This document shows positions 37,474 through 46,875 of a DNA stretch of 64,000 bases, in pieces. The notes below the pieces were generated by a model. That model made no database searches. It was not told the DNA's origin and saw only the letters and a list, made by a program, of their open reading frames with translations. How positions within the stretch are numbered: the stretch's first letter is position 1; every line of letters begins with the position of its first letter. The DNA is from Lachnospiraceae bacterium (GTDB lineage: Bacteria > Bacillota > Clostridia > Lachnospirales > Lachnospiraceae). The position numbers and the translations under genes were made by a program. The stretch lies in the NCBI GenBank assembly GCA_017508825.1, contig JAFWRC010000013.1:3786-67785 (forward strand). The letters run 5' to 3'.

Positions 37474-38259
37474 CTAAACAAGCCCGGTTTCATCCAGCGG
37501 TTTGAAATTTTCCCGCAGATAACGGAGCAGTTCCGTCTCCCGGTTCTCCATATAAAACTCCAGATATTCCAGATCTTTCTTGGCATCCACATCGATCGTA
37601 TCCTCGATGGTATAAGCGATCACGTGATCCCCATGCATCAGATGCTTCTCCGCAATAAAAGCGGTACGCAGCAGATCCACATAGCCGTCCGGTACATACA
37701 CCTGCGAAAAATCCTGCCGCGGATTGTTCGCCTCATCGATGGTCATCCCGTCCACGAAACTGCGGTAATACCCATCCTCCCGTACACAGAACATTTTATA
37801 TGGCGGAAATACCTGGGGATGCGCGGAACGCAGACTGGTAGCCACCGGATCTGCCAGCATCTTTTCCGCTGCCGTATTCACAATACTCATCTCACGCAGC
37901 GGCGTAGTCGGCCGCAGATGCATAAAAAACTCCGGCAGCTTTCTCTCGTTTTCCGCAAGCCATCCAATGACATGCTCCATAAACTGGATATCCGGCGAAT
38001 TATCTGCTGCATACTCAGCCGGACGCAGAAACGGTGTCTCCCCTCCGTAATAATTCGCGATCTTTGCATACTCCGCCGAATCCGTGGATACCAGCACTCT
38101 GGATACCTGCGGGCACAGTGCCCCCGCCGCGATCGCATAGGCCAGCAGCGGATACCCTTTCACACAGCGGATATTCTTATTCTTTACGCCCTTGCTCCCC
38201 GCCCTCGCCGGGATAATGGCATAGATGTCACCTTTTTGTATTAAGTCTTTGGATACCAT
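37474..38259 (-). CDS. Acylneuraminate (nonulosonate) cytidylyltransferase
   Basis: IIPARAGSKGVKNKN, VSTDS, PFLRP, LRPTTPLR, PRQ and IDVD motifs. Confidence 0.9.
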   Translation of the reverse strand: MVSKDLIQKGDIYAIIPARAGSKGVKNKNIRCVKGYPLLAYAIAAGALCPQVSRVLVSTDSAEYAKIANYYGGETPFLRPAEYAADNSPDIQFMEHVIGWLAENERKLPEFFMHLRPTTPLREMSIVNTAAEKMLADPVATSLRSAHPQVFPPYKMFCVREDGYYRSFVDGMTIDEANNPRQDFSQVYVPDGYVDLLRTAFIAEKHLMHGDHVIAYTIEDTIDVDAKKDLEYLEFYMENRETELLRYLRENFKPLDETGLV

Positions 38260-38415
38260 AATAATCATCTCCTGATCATACATACTATCCTTCTTATTTT
38301 ACCGTTTTTTCGTGAATTTTTCAAGAAAATAGACAATCCGGCCTCCCCCTTGAGATGAGGACCGGAATAACACCTTCGATATACACCGCCCCTGTGGGAA
38401 GGGGGCAGAAAAAAA

Positions 38416-39168
38416 TTATTTTCCCCGTTCGCGCGCCAGGATCAGGCCGCGCTCAGTCTCATCCGTAACAGAGCCGTCCGCTTCCGCATCACAGCCGCTG
38501 ATCCAGACCATACCGCCATCTGCGATCGCTTTTTTCATCTGTGCCTCGGTATAGCCCCGCTGCAGGTGCGTCTCATCAAAACGGCGGTACCGTCCGTCTT
38601 CTTCCTCGACAAATACCGTCAGATCATACTCGTTGATCTGTTCTTCTTCATTCCAGGTATTTTCCCAGATGAAGCTGCACTCCCCGCGGTCTTCTGCGAT
38701 CACGGTGTCCCCGATCACATCCAGGTATTTATGTACGGTGTTGAAATCCAGGATCAGCAATCCCTGCGGATCCAGATAATTGTTCACCAGTTGAAAGACC
38801 TGTGTCAGTTCCTCTTCCTTCAGGATATAATTGATGCTGTCACAGACACAGATCACCGCGCGCACGGTACCATACAGTTCAAAAGCACGCATATCCTGGC
38901 AGAGATAGAGGATGTCATGTCCGCTCTCCACCTTCTTCATATTTGCCACATCCAGCATCTCTGGAGACAGATCCACACCGATCATATCGTAACCGGCTTC
39001 CGCCAGCAGTTCGGTCAGTGTCCCGGTACCGCAGCCCAGATCCAGGATCAGTCCGTCTTCGATCCCGTTCTCATGCAAAATACGGATGATGCGCTCCGCC
39101 CACTCCCGGTAGGGCACATCATCCATCAGCATATCATAGACTTCTGCAAAATCCGTATAACAGTTCAT
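38416..39168 (-). CDS. Class I SAM-dependent methyltransferase
   Basis: LDLGCGTG, GVDLSPEML, QDMR and DSINY motifs. Confidence 0.92.
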   Translation of the reverse strand: MNCYTDFAEVYDMLMDDVPYREWAERIIRILHENGIEDGLILDLGCGTGTLTELLAEAGYDMIGVDLSPEMLDVANMKKVESGHDILYLCQDMRAFELYGTVRAVICVCDSINYILKEEELTQVFQLVNNYLDPQGLLILDFNTVHKYLDVIGDTVIAEDRGECSFIWENTWNEEEQINEYDLTVFVEEEDGRYRRFDETHLQRGYTEAQMKKAIADGGMVWISGCDAEADGSVTDETERGLILARERGK

Positions 39169-39172
39169 TTTT

Positions 39173-39700
39173 TTATCCTGCTGCCAATATGCCGCTGGCC
39201 ACCAGGTAACTTCCGACGCCCATGATCACACCGGCCAATGCCACTCCGCCAACAACTGCCAGCACGCTCTTCTTAAAGTCCATATCCAAAAGGCTCGCAG
39301 CCAGAGTCCCGGTCCATGCTCCGGTTCCCGGTACGGGAATACCCACAAACAGCAGTAATGCAAGATACACACTGCGTCCCGCCTTTTCCTGCAGTTTCAG
39401 GCCGCCCTTGCGCCCCTTCTCCAGACAGAACGTAAAGAACCCGCCGATCACCTTTTTATCTTTTCCCCATTCCAGCACTTTTCTGGCAAAGAAGAAGATG
39501 ACCGGCATCGGAAGCATATTTCCGATGGCAATGATCACATATGCCAGAACCATATTAAACTCCGGATTGAGTACCTTAAACACCTGTGCAATAGGGATTG
39601 CTCCACGCAGCTCGATCAGCGGCACCATGGATACGATAAAGCATGACAGATACTGTGTTATGATATTGCCGCCAAATGTCTGTACGATAAATTCCTTCAT
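39173..39700 (-). CDS. Small multi-drug export protein (COG2426-like)
   Basis: SMVPLIELRGAIP and FVGIPVPGTGAWTG motifs. Confidence 0.88.
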   Translation of the reverse strand: MKEFIVQTFGGNIITQYLSCFIVSMVPLIELRGAIPIAQVFKVLNPEFNMVLAYVIIAIGNMLPMPVIFFFARKVLEWGKDKKVIGGFFTFCLEKGRKGGLKLQEKAGRSVYLALLLFVGIPVPGTGAWTGTLAASLLDMDFKKSVLAVVGGVALAGVIMGVGSYLVASGILAAG

Positions 39701-40749
39701 CCGAGCAGTTCCTCCAGTGCATCGATCAGTATTTTCGCTTCTTCATCGGTACCTACGGAAATACGCAGGTAGTTTTCGATCCGCGGCAGATTCCAGTGGC
39801 GCACAAAGATCTGTTTGCCTCTCAGATAGGTAAAGATCTCCTCTGCCGGCTTGGTCTTGTGGGTCGCAAAGATGAAGTTGCTCTTTGCATCCGGGAAGGT
39901 AAAGCCCAGACGGGTCAGTTCCTTCTTCATCCATTCGCGGGTTTTGATCACCTTTGCCAGTGTATCTTTGAAGTAAGCATCGTCCAATACCGCTTCGCGT
40001 CCGAGCAGCAGGGACGGCATATTCATCGTATAGGAATTGACGGAAAACTTCACATCATTCAGGTATTTGATCAGTTTCGGATTACCGATGGCAAAACCGA
40101 CACGCAGCCCTGCCAGCGCACGGGATTTGGAGAACGTCCGGATCACCAGCAGATTCTCATACTTATCGATCAGCGGCAGCGCACTCTCCCCGCCAAAATC
40201 CACATAGGCCTCATCCACCATCACCACACTGTCCGGATTTGCCGCAAGGATCTCTTCCACCAGGGACAACGGCTCTTCCACACCGGTCGGCGCATTCGGA
40301 TTCGGGAAGATGATCCCGCCGTTTTCTTTCTTATAGTCCGCAGCGACGATACGTAAGTTTTCATCCAGCGGCTGCGTTTCATACGGAATACCGTACACAT
40401 CCGCCCATACCGGATAGAAGGAATAGGTCACATCCGGAAACAGGATCTTCTTGCCACCATGGAAAAAGGTCAGAAATGCCATGGCAATGACATCGTCCGA
40501 GCCCACGCCCACAAATACCTGCTCCGGTGACACCTTGTAATACTCTGCCAGTGTTTCGATCAGGATCTTTGCATCCGGTGCCGGATACAGCCGCAAATCC
40601 TGATAGGGCATTTCCTTTAACAGTTTCTGTACCCCCGGCGCAGGCGGATACGGGCACTCATTGGTATTGAGTTTTACCATCTTATCAAATTTCGGCTGCT
40701 CCCCCGGTGTATAAGGTATTACTTTTCGTACATTTGCTTCCCAGCTCAT
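39697..40749 (-). CDS. hisC: Histidinol-phosphate aminotransferase
   Basis: YTPGEQP, KLNTNE, GSDD, NPNAPTG, DEAYVDF and RTFSKSRALAGLRVG motifs. Confidence 0.95.
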   Translation of the reverse strand: MSWEANVRKVIPYTPGEQPKFDKMVKLNTNECPYPPAPGVQKLLKEMPYQDLRLYPAPDAKILIETLAEYYKVSPEQVFVGVGSDDVIAMAFLTFFHGGKKILFPDVTYSFYPVWADVYGIPYETQPLDENLRIVAADYKKENGGIIFPNPNAPTGVEEPLSLVEEILAANPDSVVMVDEAYVDFGGESALPLIDKYENLLVIRTFSKSRALAGLRVGFAIGNPKLIKYLNDVKFSVNSYTMNMPSLLLGREAVLDDAYFKDTLAKVIKTREWMKKELTRLGFTFPDAKSNFIFATHKTKPAEEIFTYLRGKQIFVRHWNLPRIENYLRISVGTDEEAKILIDALEELLG

Positions 40750-41501
40750 GATCTCTTCCCCTCTTCGGATCCGTTATCGTCCGATCTGTTCTTTTTTTGT
40801 TCTTCCGCCATTTTCTGTTCCCGTTCTTTTTTCATTTTCAGCAGGAAATCCGGCGTAAAATCATAACCTTCTTTTTCTTTCACTTTCGGGAATTTTTCTT
40901 CGTATTCCGTTTCATAATCAAAGATATAGCTTTCGTATCCGTTAATGATGAGCGTATCCCGATAGCGTTTCAGTCTTGTATATTCCCTGGAATAGTTTGG
41001 GTGGACATGCCCATGCAGGTAATATCTGGGGCGGAACTCATTTAAAAGCCCCGTAAATGCCCGGAAACCCTGATGCGGACGGTCCCGTCCATCCCCGACG
41101 CCTTCCGCCGGAGCATGCGTGACCAGAATATCAAATCCGCCGTGAAACTGCAACGTAAAAAACATCCGCCGTATATGGGCATCCATTTCATGCTGCTCGT
41201 ACTGGTACGATCCCGGCCGGTACCGGAGAGCCCCCGGCAGTCCCAGAATGCGCACTCCCTCATAAACAACGATCCGGCCGTCTAAGCATTCGCACCCGTC
41301 AGGCGGCTTCTTCTCATATTTTTCATCATGGTTCCCATGTACATAAAATACCGGTGCATGGGTAAAGGTCGCCAAAAACGAGAGAAAGGAAGGATCCAGA
41401 TCCCCGACCGAAATGATCAGGTCAACTCCTTCCAGTTTCTCCGGCTGAAAGTAATCCCAAAGCGATTTCGATTCCTTATCCCCGACCACGAGGATCCGCA
41501 T
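40746..41501 (-). CDS. Calcineurin-like metallophosphoesterase
   Basis: GDKE, GDLD, GNHD, THAP and HGHVH motifs. Confidence 0.9.
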   Translation of the reverse strand: MRILVVGDKESKSLWDYFQPEKLEGVDLIISVGDLDPSFLSFLATFTHAPVFYVHGNHDEKYEKKPPDGCECLDGRIVVYEGVRILGLPGALRYRPGSYQYEQHEMDAHIRRMFFTLQFHGGFDILVTHAPAEGVGDGRDRPHQGFRAFTGLLNEFRPRYYLHGHVHPNYSREYTRLKRYRDTLIINGYESYIFDYETEYEEKFPKVKEKEGYDFTPDFLLKMKKEREQKMAEEQKKNRSDDNGSEEGKRS

Positions 41502-41504
41502 TGC

Positions 41505-43418
41505 TTAATCCTCCTTGACGCCCTGCAGTTTCACCAGTTCCACTGCTTCTTCTTTCATTTCCGAAATGTCCGGAATGTAGCCTTCAATATTGTCTGCCAG
41601 CCAGTCGATCTGTACTGCCACTTCTGCCGAAAGTTCCTGACCGTCTTCGCACTTTAAGTTGCCGTCCTGGTCATACACCGGCCCGGTAAACGGATTGATG
41701 TTCATCTCCCGGATACCGGAACGCAGATTGCGGAGCAGTCTGACTGGTCCCACCGGCAGGTTTCTGGAATAGATCACGTCGATCGCGCCGGAACTCATAC
41801 CCCAGAAATAATTCAGCGCCTGATCCCCGAACACCGTCGCATCGTTTTTATATCCGCCCTTTAAGATGGAGCTGATGATCTCTTCATACAGCTTGCCCCA
41901 GTGACGTACCGGCATTGCCAGATTGACATGCGTGCCTTCTTTGTAATTCATTTTATACAGACCAAACTCACGGTTACCGCTCGTCGTCGCATTCATATCA
42001 CGGCCGGAGATCAGTGTTACGTTCTTGGCCTCCATCTCTGCCATCGCGTCATGGTCTTTGAGCATCGACCAGTCCAGATATACCTTGGCGCCCGGATTGG
42101 TCATCTGTACTCCCATTGCAAAGGCATTGATCTCTGCCGTCGTGCCATGGATCGGATAATCCGACAGATAACCTATCTCGCCGTCTGTCTTCATCGCACC
42201 TGCGATCGCGCCGATGATAAACTTTGCCTCATACATCCGCAGATAATAAGAGCGGATCGTCTTATGCCCCATATTCATCGAGCAGTTTAAGATCGTCACT
42301 TCCGGATGCTTCAGCGCCGAACGCAGTGCCGGCGCCATCAGCTTCGGCGAGGTTGCAAAGATGATCTTGTTGCCGGCACTCACTGCCGCGTCAAACACCT
42401 CATCCGCTACACTGGCGTCTACGCTGTCCACCTCGGACACCTCGATCCGGTCGCCAAACTGATCCTCCACATATTTACATCCCAGGGTATGCCCGTAGGT
42501 CCAGGCAGACTGCTGCGCGGTCTTGTCATGCAGAAAAGCGATCTTGGTAGTTGCAGAACCGCCCGGCAGGAAATGCATAAAGGACGTCTTCTGCGACTCC
42601 GGCGTGGGATGCAGTACGAGCGTTAAGTTATCCCCGTTCTCGTAATTGAGCAGCTCGCTCCAGATCCGGTCCAGATCCTTACGGATCTCTGTCTGGCTGC
42701 GGTTGATCACATCCTCATACTCATAGATGCTCAGATAAACACATACCGCATCTCCGGTCTTGATGGAAAACTTCTTGCCGCCTTTTTTGGCAGCATATTC
42801 CCGCTCAAAAAAAGTAAAGAATGCGCGGAACTCCAGTTCCTGATCCTTCGACCACTTTGCCACTCCTTCATAGGTCTGGTTTAAAAGCCGGCGGTAATTG
42901 CCTTCCCTTGTCATACGAAGATAGTTGATCCCGGTTACCTCGTAGAAATCCAGAAATTCGTGATAGATCTTATTCTCTACCTTATCGTCCTTCTTGGGGA
43001 TCACACGTGTTACCTGCGCTTCGATACTCACGGCATCCATGAATTTCGAAACCGAAACACGCTTGTTTCCTTCCATAACATAAAACTTATTTCGAAATTC
43101 ATAGGCAATGATCGGATCCCGCAGGCCTTCCTCTTCCATAGAATCATAAAGCTGCGACCACTTTCTGGCAAATTCGGAGTTTGGCTCCAGGATCGGCATA
43201 AAATTTCTGGCAAACGCATGGGTACGCCCCTCGCTTTTGGTTCCCACCACGTATTTTAACGGGATCTGCACCAGCCCCAAAGGCACCTGTGCCTCGATCT
43301 CCTCATGCGCCGTGATCTCATCCAAAACCGGCAGATATGCCGCCAGATCGTCCGCTTCCAGACGCCGGCGCTCCCGGTCTCCCATCTTCAATGCTTTCGA
43401 ATACTCCGTCAACGACAT
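41505..43418 (-). CDS. ParB/Sulfiredoxin-like domain fused to BMP-family nucleoside-binding domain, no signal peptide
   Basis: N-term GLRDPIIAYE..FYVMEGNKRVSV; C-term SAWTYGH..G, IFATS, RMYEAKFIIGAIAG, INAFAMG and PFTGP. Confidence 0.82.
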   Translation of the reverse strand: MSLTEYSKALKMGDRERRRLEADDLAAYLPVLDEITAHEEIEAQVPLGLVQIPLKYVVGTKSEGRTHAFARNFMPILEPNSEFARKWSQLYDSMEEEGLRDPIIAYEFRNKFYVMEGNKRVSVSKFMDAVSIEAQVTRVIPKKDDKVENKIYHEFLDFYEVTGINYLRMTREGNYRRLLNQTYEGVAKWSKDQELEFRAFFTFFEREYAAKKGGKKFSIKTGDAVCVYLSIYEYEDVINRSQTEIRKDLDRIWSELLNYENGDNLTLVLHPTPESQKTSFMHFLPGGSATTKIAFLHDKTAQQSAWTYGHTLGCKYVEDQFGDRIEVSEVDSVDASVADEVFDAAVSAGNKIIFATSPKLMAPALRSALKHPEVTILNCSMNMGHKTIRSYYLRMYEAKFIIGAIAGAMKTDGEIGYLSDYPIHGTTAEINAFAMGVQMTNPGAKVYLDWSMLKDHDAMAEMEAKNVTLISGRDMNATTSGNREFGLYKMNYKEGTHVNLAMPVRHWGKLYEEIISSILKGGYKNDATVFGDQALNYFWGMSSGAIDVIYSRNLPVGPVRLLRNLRSGIREMNINPFTGPVYDQDGNLKCEDGQELSAEVAVQIDWLADNIEGYIPDISEMKEEAVELVKLQGVKED

Positions 43419-43536
43419 TACTTTTTCCTCCCATACACAGCCGGCTGCACATCCCGGGATCCGCTTTGCTCACTCTCGCGGGATAACTGCTGTGTAACTC
43501 TGTCTCTCGCTTCTATCTCCAATTGTCTACACTATA

Positions 43537-43565
43537 ATTCTACCCCGCAGCTTCATCCTTGACAA
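43537..43565 (-). promoter_or_regulatory. Probable sigmaA promoter of the ParB-BMP operon
   Basis: TTGTCA-17 nt-TAGAAT on the minus strand. Confidence 0.6.
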
Positions 43566-43605
43566 TGCGTGAAATGCTTAACATTTCACCGGAGCGGCTC
43601 ATGAT

Positions 43606-45192
43606 TTATTGTCGTTTTGCACAAATATTAATACCACTTTTTGATAAAAACTTATAAAAAGCAAGTCCGATCACGATATAAACCACACTGAAGTACGGTT
43701 TGGATATGACTGCCTGTATGTCTATCGGCAAAAAACCGCACAGAAAGATCACTGCGTTAGCCGAAAGATGGAAGATATATGGCGCAGAAACGCACTCCTC
43801 GCTCATACAGAGCGCCGCCATGACAAGCCCCATCAGAAACGCATATACGCCCTGGAGCAGATTCCCATGATACCATCCGAAAAAAACAGCCGTGATGATC
43901 ACGGAGATCCTGACCGAAAATACCCGTGAGATACGGTTCAGCAAAAGCCAGCGGAAGATCAGTTCCTCCAGAAGCGGCGTTACCAGGACAAACAGCAGTA
44001 TGCCCGGAAGCAGTGGAGTCGCCTTTTCGTATCCTGACCGTTTCATAAAATTCTCCAGTTCTTCCCCTTGAAGGAAAACCGGCGCCAGCAGCCTCGCCAG
44101 ATCATTCAGAAAAATATTGAGGCCGAGAGAAAGCGAGATCCCAAGCCCCGCGATCTGCAGATTCCGGCAGATCCCCCTGCTTTTATCCAATACCGCAGGC
44201 CTTTTCCACTGCAGCGGCTCCCAGCTTTTATACACCAGACACAATCCGATCACCGTGCCTGCATTGATGATCGCCGAAACAAACGTCTGTATCACCACTG
44301 CGCTTTCACGCGCTTCCCCCGTGGCGGTCTTCAGCATCTCCTTTAATTCCGCCCTGCTTATTCCGACCAGGGTCTCCAGCAGAAAGTATACGATCTGGTC
44401 GATCAGCGCATAAAGCAGCAGAAAGGCCGCAAATGGCGTCACCATATAAATGGCTTTCAGAAAAGAGTTTTCCGGAACCGGCTTGATCTGTGCCTGATTC
44501 TCTGCGTTGTTTTTGTTTCCGCCCAAAAGCAGTTCTTCCAGTTCCGCCACGTTCCCGGCGATGGCATCCGCGCCGGCCCTCGCCAGTTCTCCCTTCTCTG
44601 CATAACCGTAGGACACGCCGATACCATCCACGCCTTCGCTCCGGGCCCCTTCGATATCAAACTTCCGGTCGCCCACCATGGCCGTTTGCGTCCGGCGTTC
44701 CTCCTCCGGCACGCGCTTGCCGTATTTCGCATACAGCCGGTCCAGCGTCTCTTTTACGACTTCTTCTTTCTTACTGCGTCTGCCGTCCGGTTCACTGCCC
44801 ACGATCACATCAAAGTATTTATACAGTCCGAAATGCTTCAGGATCTTTTCCACAAACTCCTGTGGTTTGGAAGATGCTACTGCAAGCACTGCTCCGTGCT
44901 GACGACAATGCGCCAGCATCTTATCGATTCCGGCATAGGGGATGTTTTCCTTCCATCCCACCTCCGAAAAACGCTCGCGGTAATCCGCGACCGCCTTCTC
45001 GATCTGCGCATTCTCCATATGGTAAAACTCGCGAAAGCTGTCTCTTAACGGCGGTCCGATAAACGGTGTCAGCTTTTCGATATCCGGCTCGTCGATCCCG
45101 GATTTTTTCAATGCATGCTGCACGGAACGGCAGATCCCTTCCTTCGGATCCGTAAGTGTTCCGTCCAGATCGAACAAAATGTAACGATACAT
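43606..45192 (-). CDS. HAD-family phosphatase fused to CPBP intramembrane protease
   Basis: FDLDGTL, ASSK and MVGDRKFD; then TMs with EELIFR, FGWYH and HLSAN. Confidence 0.87.
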   Translation of the reverse strand: MYRYILFDLDGTLTDPKEGICRSVQHALKKSGIDEPDIEKLTPFIGPPLRDSFREFYHMENAQIEKAVADYRERFSEVGWKENIPYAGIDKMLAHCRQHGAVLAVASSKPQEFVEKILKHFGLYKYFDVIVGSEPDGRRSKKEEVVKETLDRLYAKYGKRVPEEERRTQTAMVGDRKFDIEGARSEGVDGIGVSYGYAEKGELARAGADAIAGNVAELEELLLGGNKNNAENQAQIKPVPENSFLKAIYMVTPFAAFLLLYALIDQIVYFLLETLVGISRAELKEMLKTATGEARESAVVIQTFVSAIINAGTVIGLCLVYKSWEPLQWKRPAVLDKSRGICRNLQIAGLGISLSLGLNIFLNDLARLLAPVFLQGEELENFMKRSGYEKATPLLPGILLFVLVTPLLEELIFRWLLLNRISRVFSVRISVIITAVFFGWYHGNLLQGVYAFLMGLVMAALCMSEECVSAPYIFHLSANAVIFLCGFLPIDIQAVISKPYFSVVYIVIGLAFYKFLSKSGINICAKRQ

Positions 45193-45262
45193 ATTACTCC
45201 CTCTTTGCACGGGCCTGTGCATAAAAACGGGATGGAGCGGATCCATCCCGTATGTTTCCTGT

Positions 45263-46780
45263 TTAGAAAGGTCTTGCCTCTGCCTGCAGCATCAGCGGCG
45301 AAGTCTCTCTCGTAAAGTGTTCCATCATATAATTCGACAGGATCTGTACGATCTTCTCATCCAGCTTCCCCTTCTTGGCCATATCCCCCAGGATCTTCAG
45401 TGCCTGATCCAGAGGCATCGGCCCCTTGTACGGCCGGTCCTCGGCAGTCAGCGAGTCAAAGATATCGCAGGCCGTCAGGATCCGCGTCAGGATATCGAGC
45501 TGGTCGCCATTTAATCCGTTCGGATAACCGCTGCCATCCAGATACTCGTGATGGTTGGCCGCGATTGTCTTCACCATACAGTACTTATCCGTAAATTTGA
45601 TCTTATCCAGAATACGCGCCGTATAGACCACATGCTCCTGGATCTGCCTGCGTTCTTCATCTGTCAGCGTACCATGTTTGATATTCAGCGCTTTTTTCTC
45701 ATTTTCGTTCAGGTACGGGAAACGTTCCCCGATCGGGCTGACATATACCCGGCCCGCCATCTCCTCGATACGGTCCAGATCGGTCTTCGTCAGCATTTCC
45801 GCAATATTCATACGGTGCAGATCCCGGCAGAAATTGGTCAGCTTGATGTCTTCCATTGCCCAGGATGCTTCATCATAGCGCCCCTCCAGCATATCGATCT
45901 TGAGCATCAGCCGGATCCACTCCAGCTTATTATAGAGTTTCTCATATTCCAGCTCCGACAGACGCGAAGCCTTATCCAGAATGCCGCGATGGATCACGAT
46001 CTTGCCGATATCATGCAGCATCGCCGCCATATGCAGCTGTTCCTTGTCATTTTCACTGATGAAGATCTCGCATTCCCCTCTGGTATGCAGGGCGTTGATC
46101 TGCTCACAGATCTCCATACAGTACTTTGCCACATGTCTGGTATGGTTTGCATTATACGGCGTCTTGGTATCGATCGCAGTGGTCATACATTCCACAAACG
46201 ATCCGAGCAGCTCCTCCAGATCCTGGATCAGGGTCATATTGGTCAGGTTGCTCGCCATCTGGGAGGTCAGGGATACCACGGCCCGCTCGCATTCCCAGTT
46301 GAACGGAACTACCTCGCCCTCCTCATTTCTGCAGTTGTAAAGCATCATCACGCCCAGTACGGCGCGGTCCTTGATCGAGATAGGCGCCATCAGGACCGAC
46401 TTGGTACGATATCCGTTCCTGGCATCAAACTCCCGGATCCCAAGCACGTCAAATTCCTTGACGGTATAGATATCCGCAATGTTCAAAAGCCGGTTGTGAT
46501 GATAGGTATAGGTAAACAGATTGGTTTCCTTATTCTCGGCCATCTGCATATCGGCCTGGGCGACGGACTGTTTGGAGCCGTAATCCAGCTGATGGTTTGC
46601 ATCCAGCAGATGGATCAGATTCTTGCTCTCTTCGTCCACGATATAGAGCGAACCACCGTCGGCATTGGTAAATTTCAGGCACGATTCCAAGACCATGTCA
46701 AACAGATTGACATAGCTTTTTTCCGTTGCCATATTGTACCCGATCGTTAATAGATCGTCTTCTGCTTCCGTCGGCAGCAT
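45263..46780 (-). CDS. GAF + HD-GYP cyclic-dinucleotide phosphodiesterase
   Basis: GAF pattern (ADGGSLY, FDARNGYRTKSVL); HDIGK, HHEYLDGSGYP and RPYK. Confidence 0.9.
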   Translation of the reverse strand: MLPTEAEDDLLTIGYNMATEKSYVNLFDMVLESCLKFTNADGGSLYIVDEESKNLIHLLDANHQLDYGSKQSVAQADMQMAENKETNLFTYTYHHNRLLNIADIYTVKEFDVLGIREFDARNGYRTKSVLMAPISIKDRAVLGVMMLYNCRNEEGEVVPFNWECERAVVSLTSQMASNLTNMTLIQDLEELLGSFVECMTTAIDTKTPYNANHTRHVAKYCMEICEQINALHTRGECEIFISENDKEQLHMAAMLHDIGKIVIHRGILDKASRLSELEYEKLYNKLEWIRLMLKIDMLEGRYDEASWAMEDIKLTNFCRDLHRMNIAEMLTKTDLDRIEEMAGRVYVSPIGERFPYLNENEKKALNIKHGTLTDEERRQIQEHVVYTARILDKIKFTDKYCMVKTIAANHHEYLDGSGYPNGLNGDQLDILTRILTACDIFDSLTAEDRPYKGPMPLDQALKILGDMAKKGKLDEKIVQILSNYMMEHFTRETSPLMLQAEARPF

Positions 46781-46875
46781 TTCCTGCACTCCTCTTGTGT
46801 AAGAACTTACAAAACACCAAATGCATTATAGCAGATTACATGTCAAAAATCTATCCGTTTGGTGACAGAATACTA

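Noticed and set aside
43569-43589. parS site next to a ParB-like gene
   Set aside because: Half-sites are everted and spaced (GTGAAAT-N7-ATTTCAC), unlike TGTTTCACGTGAAACA.
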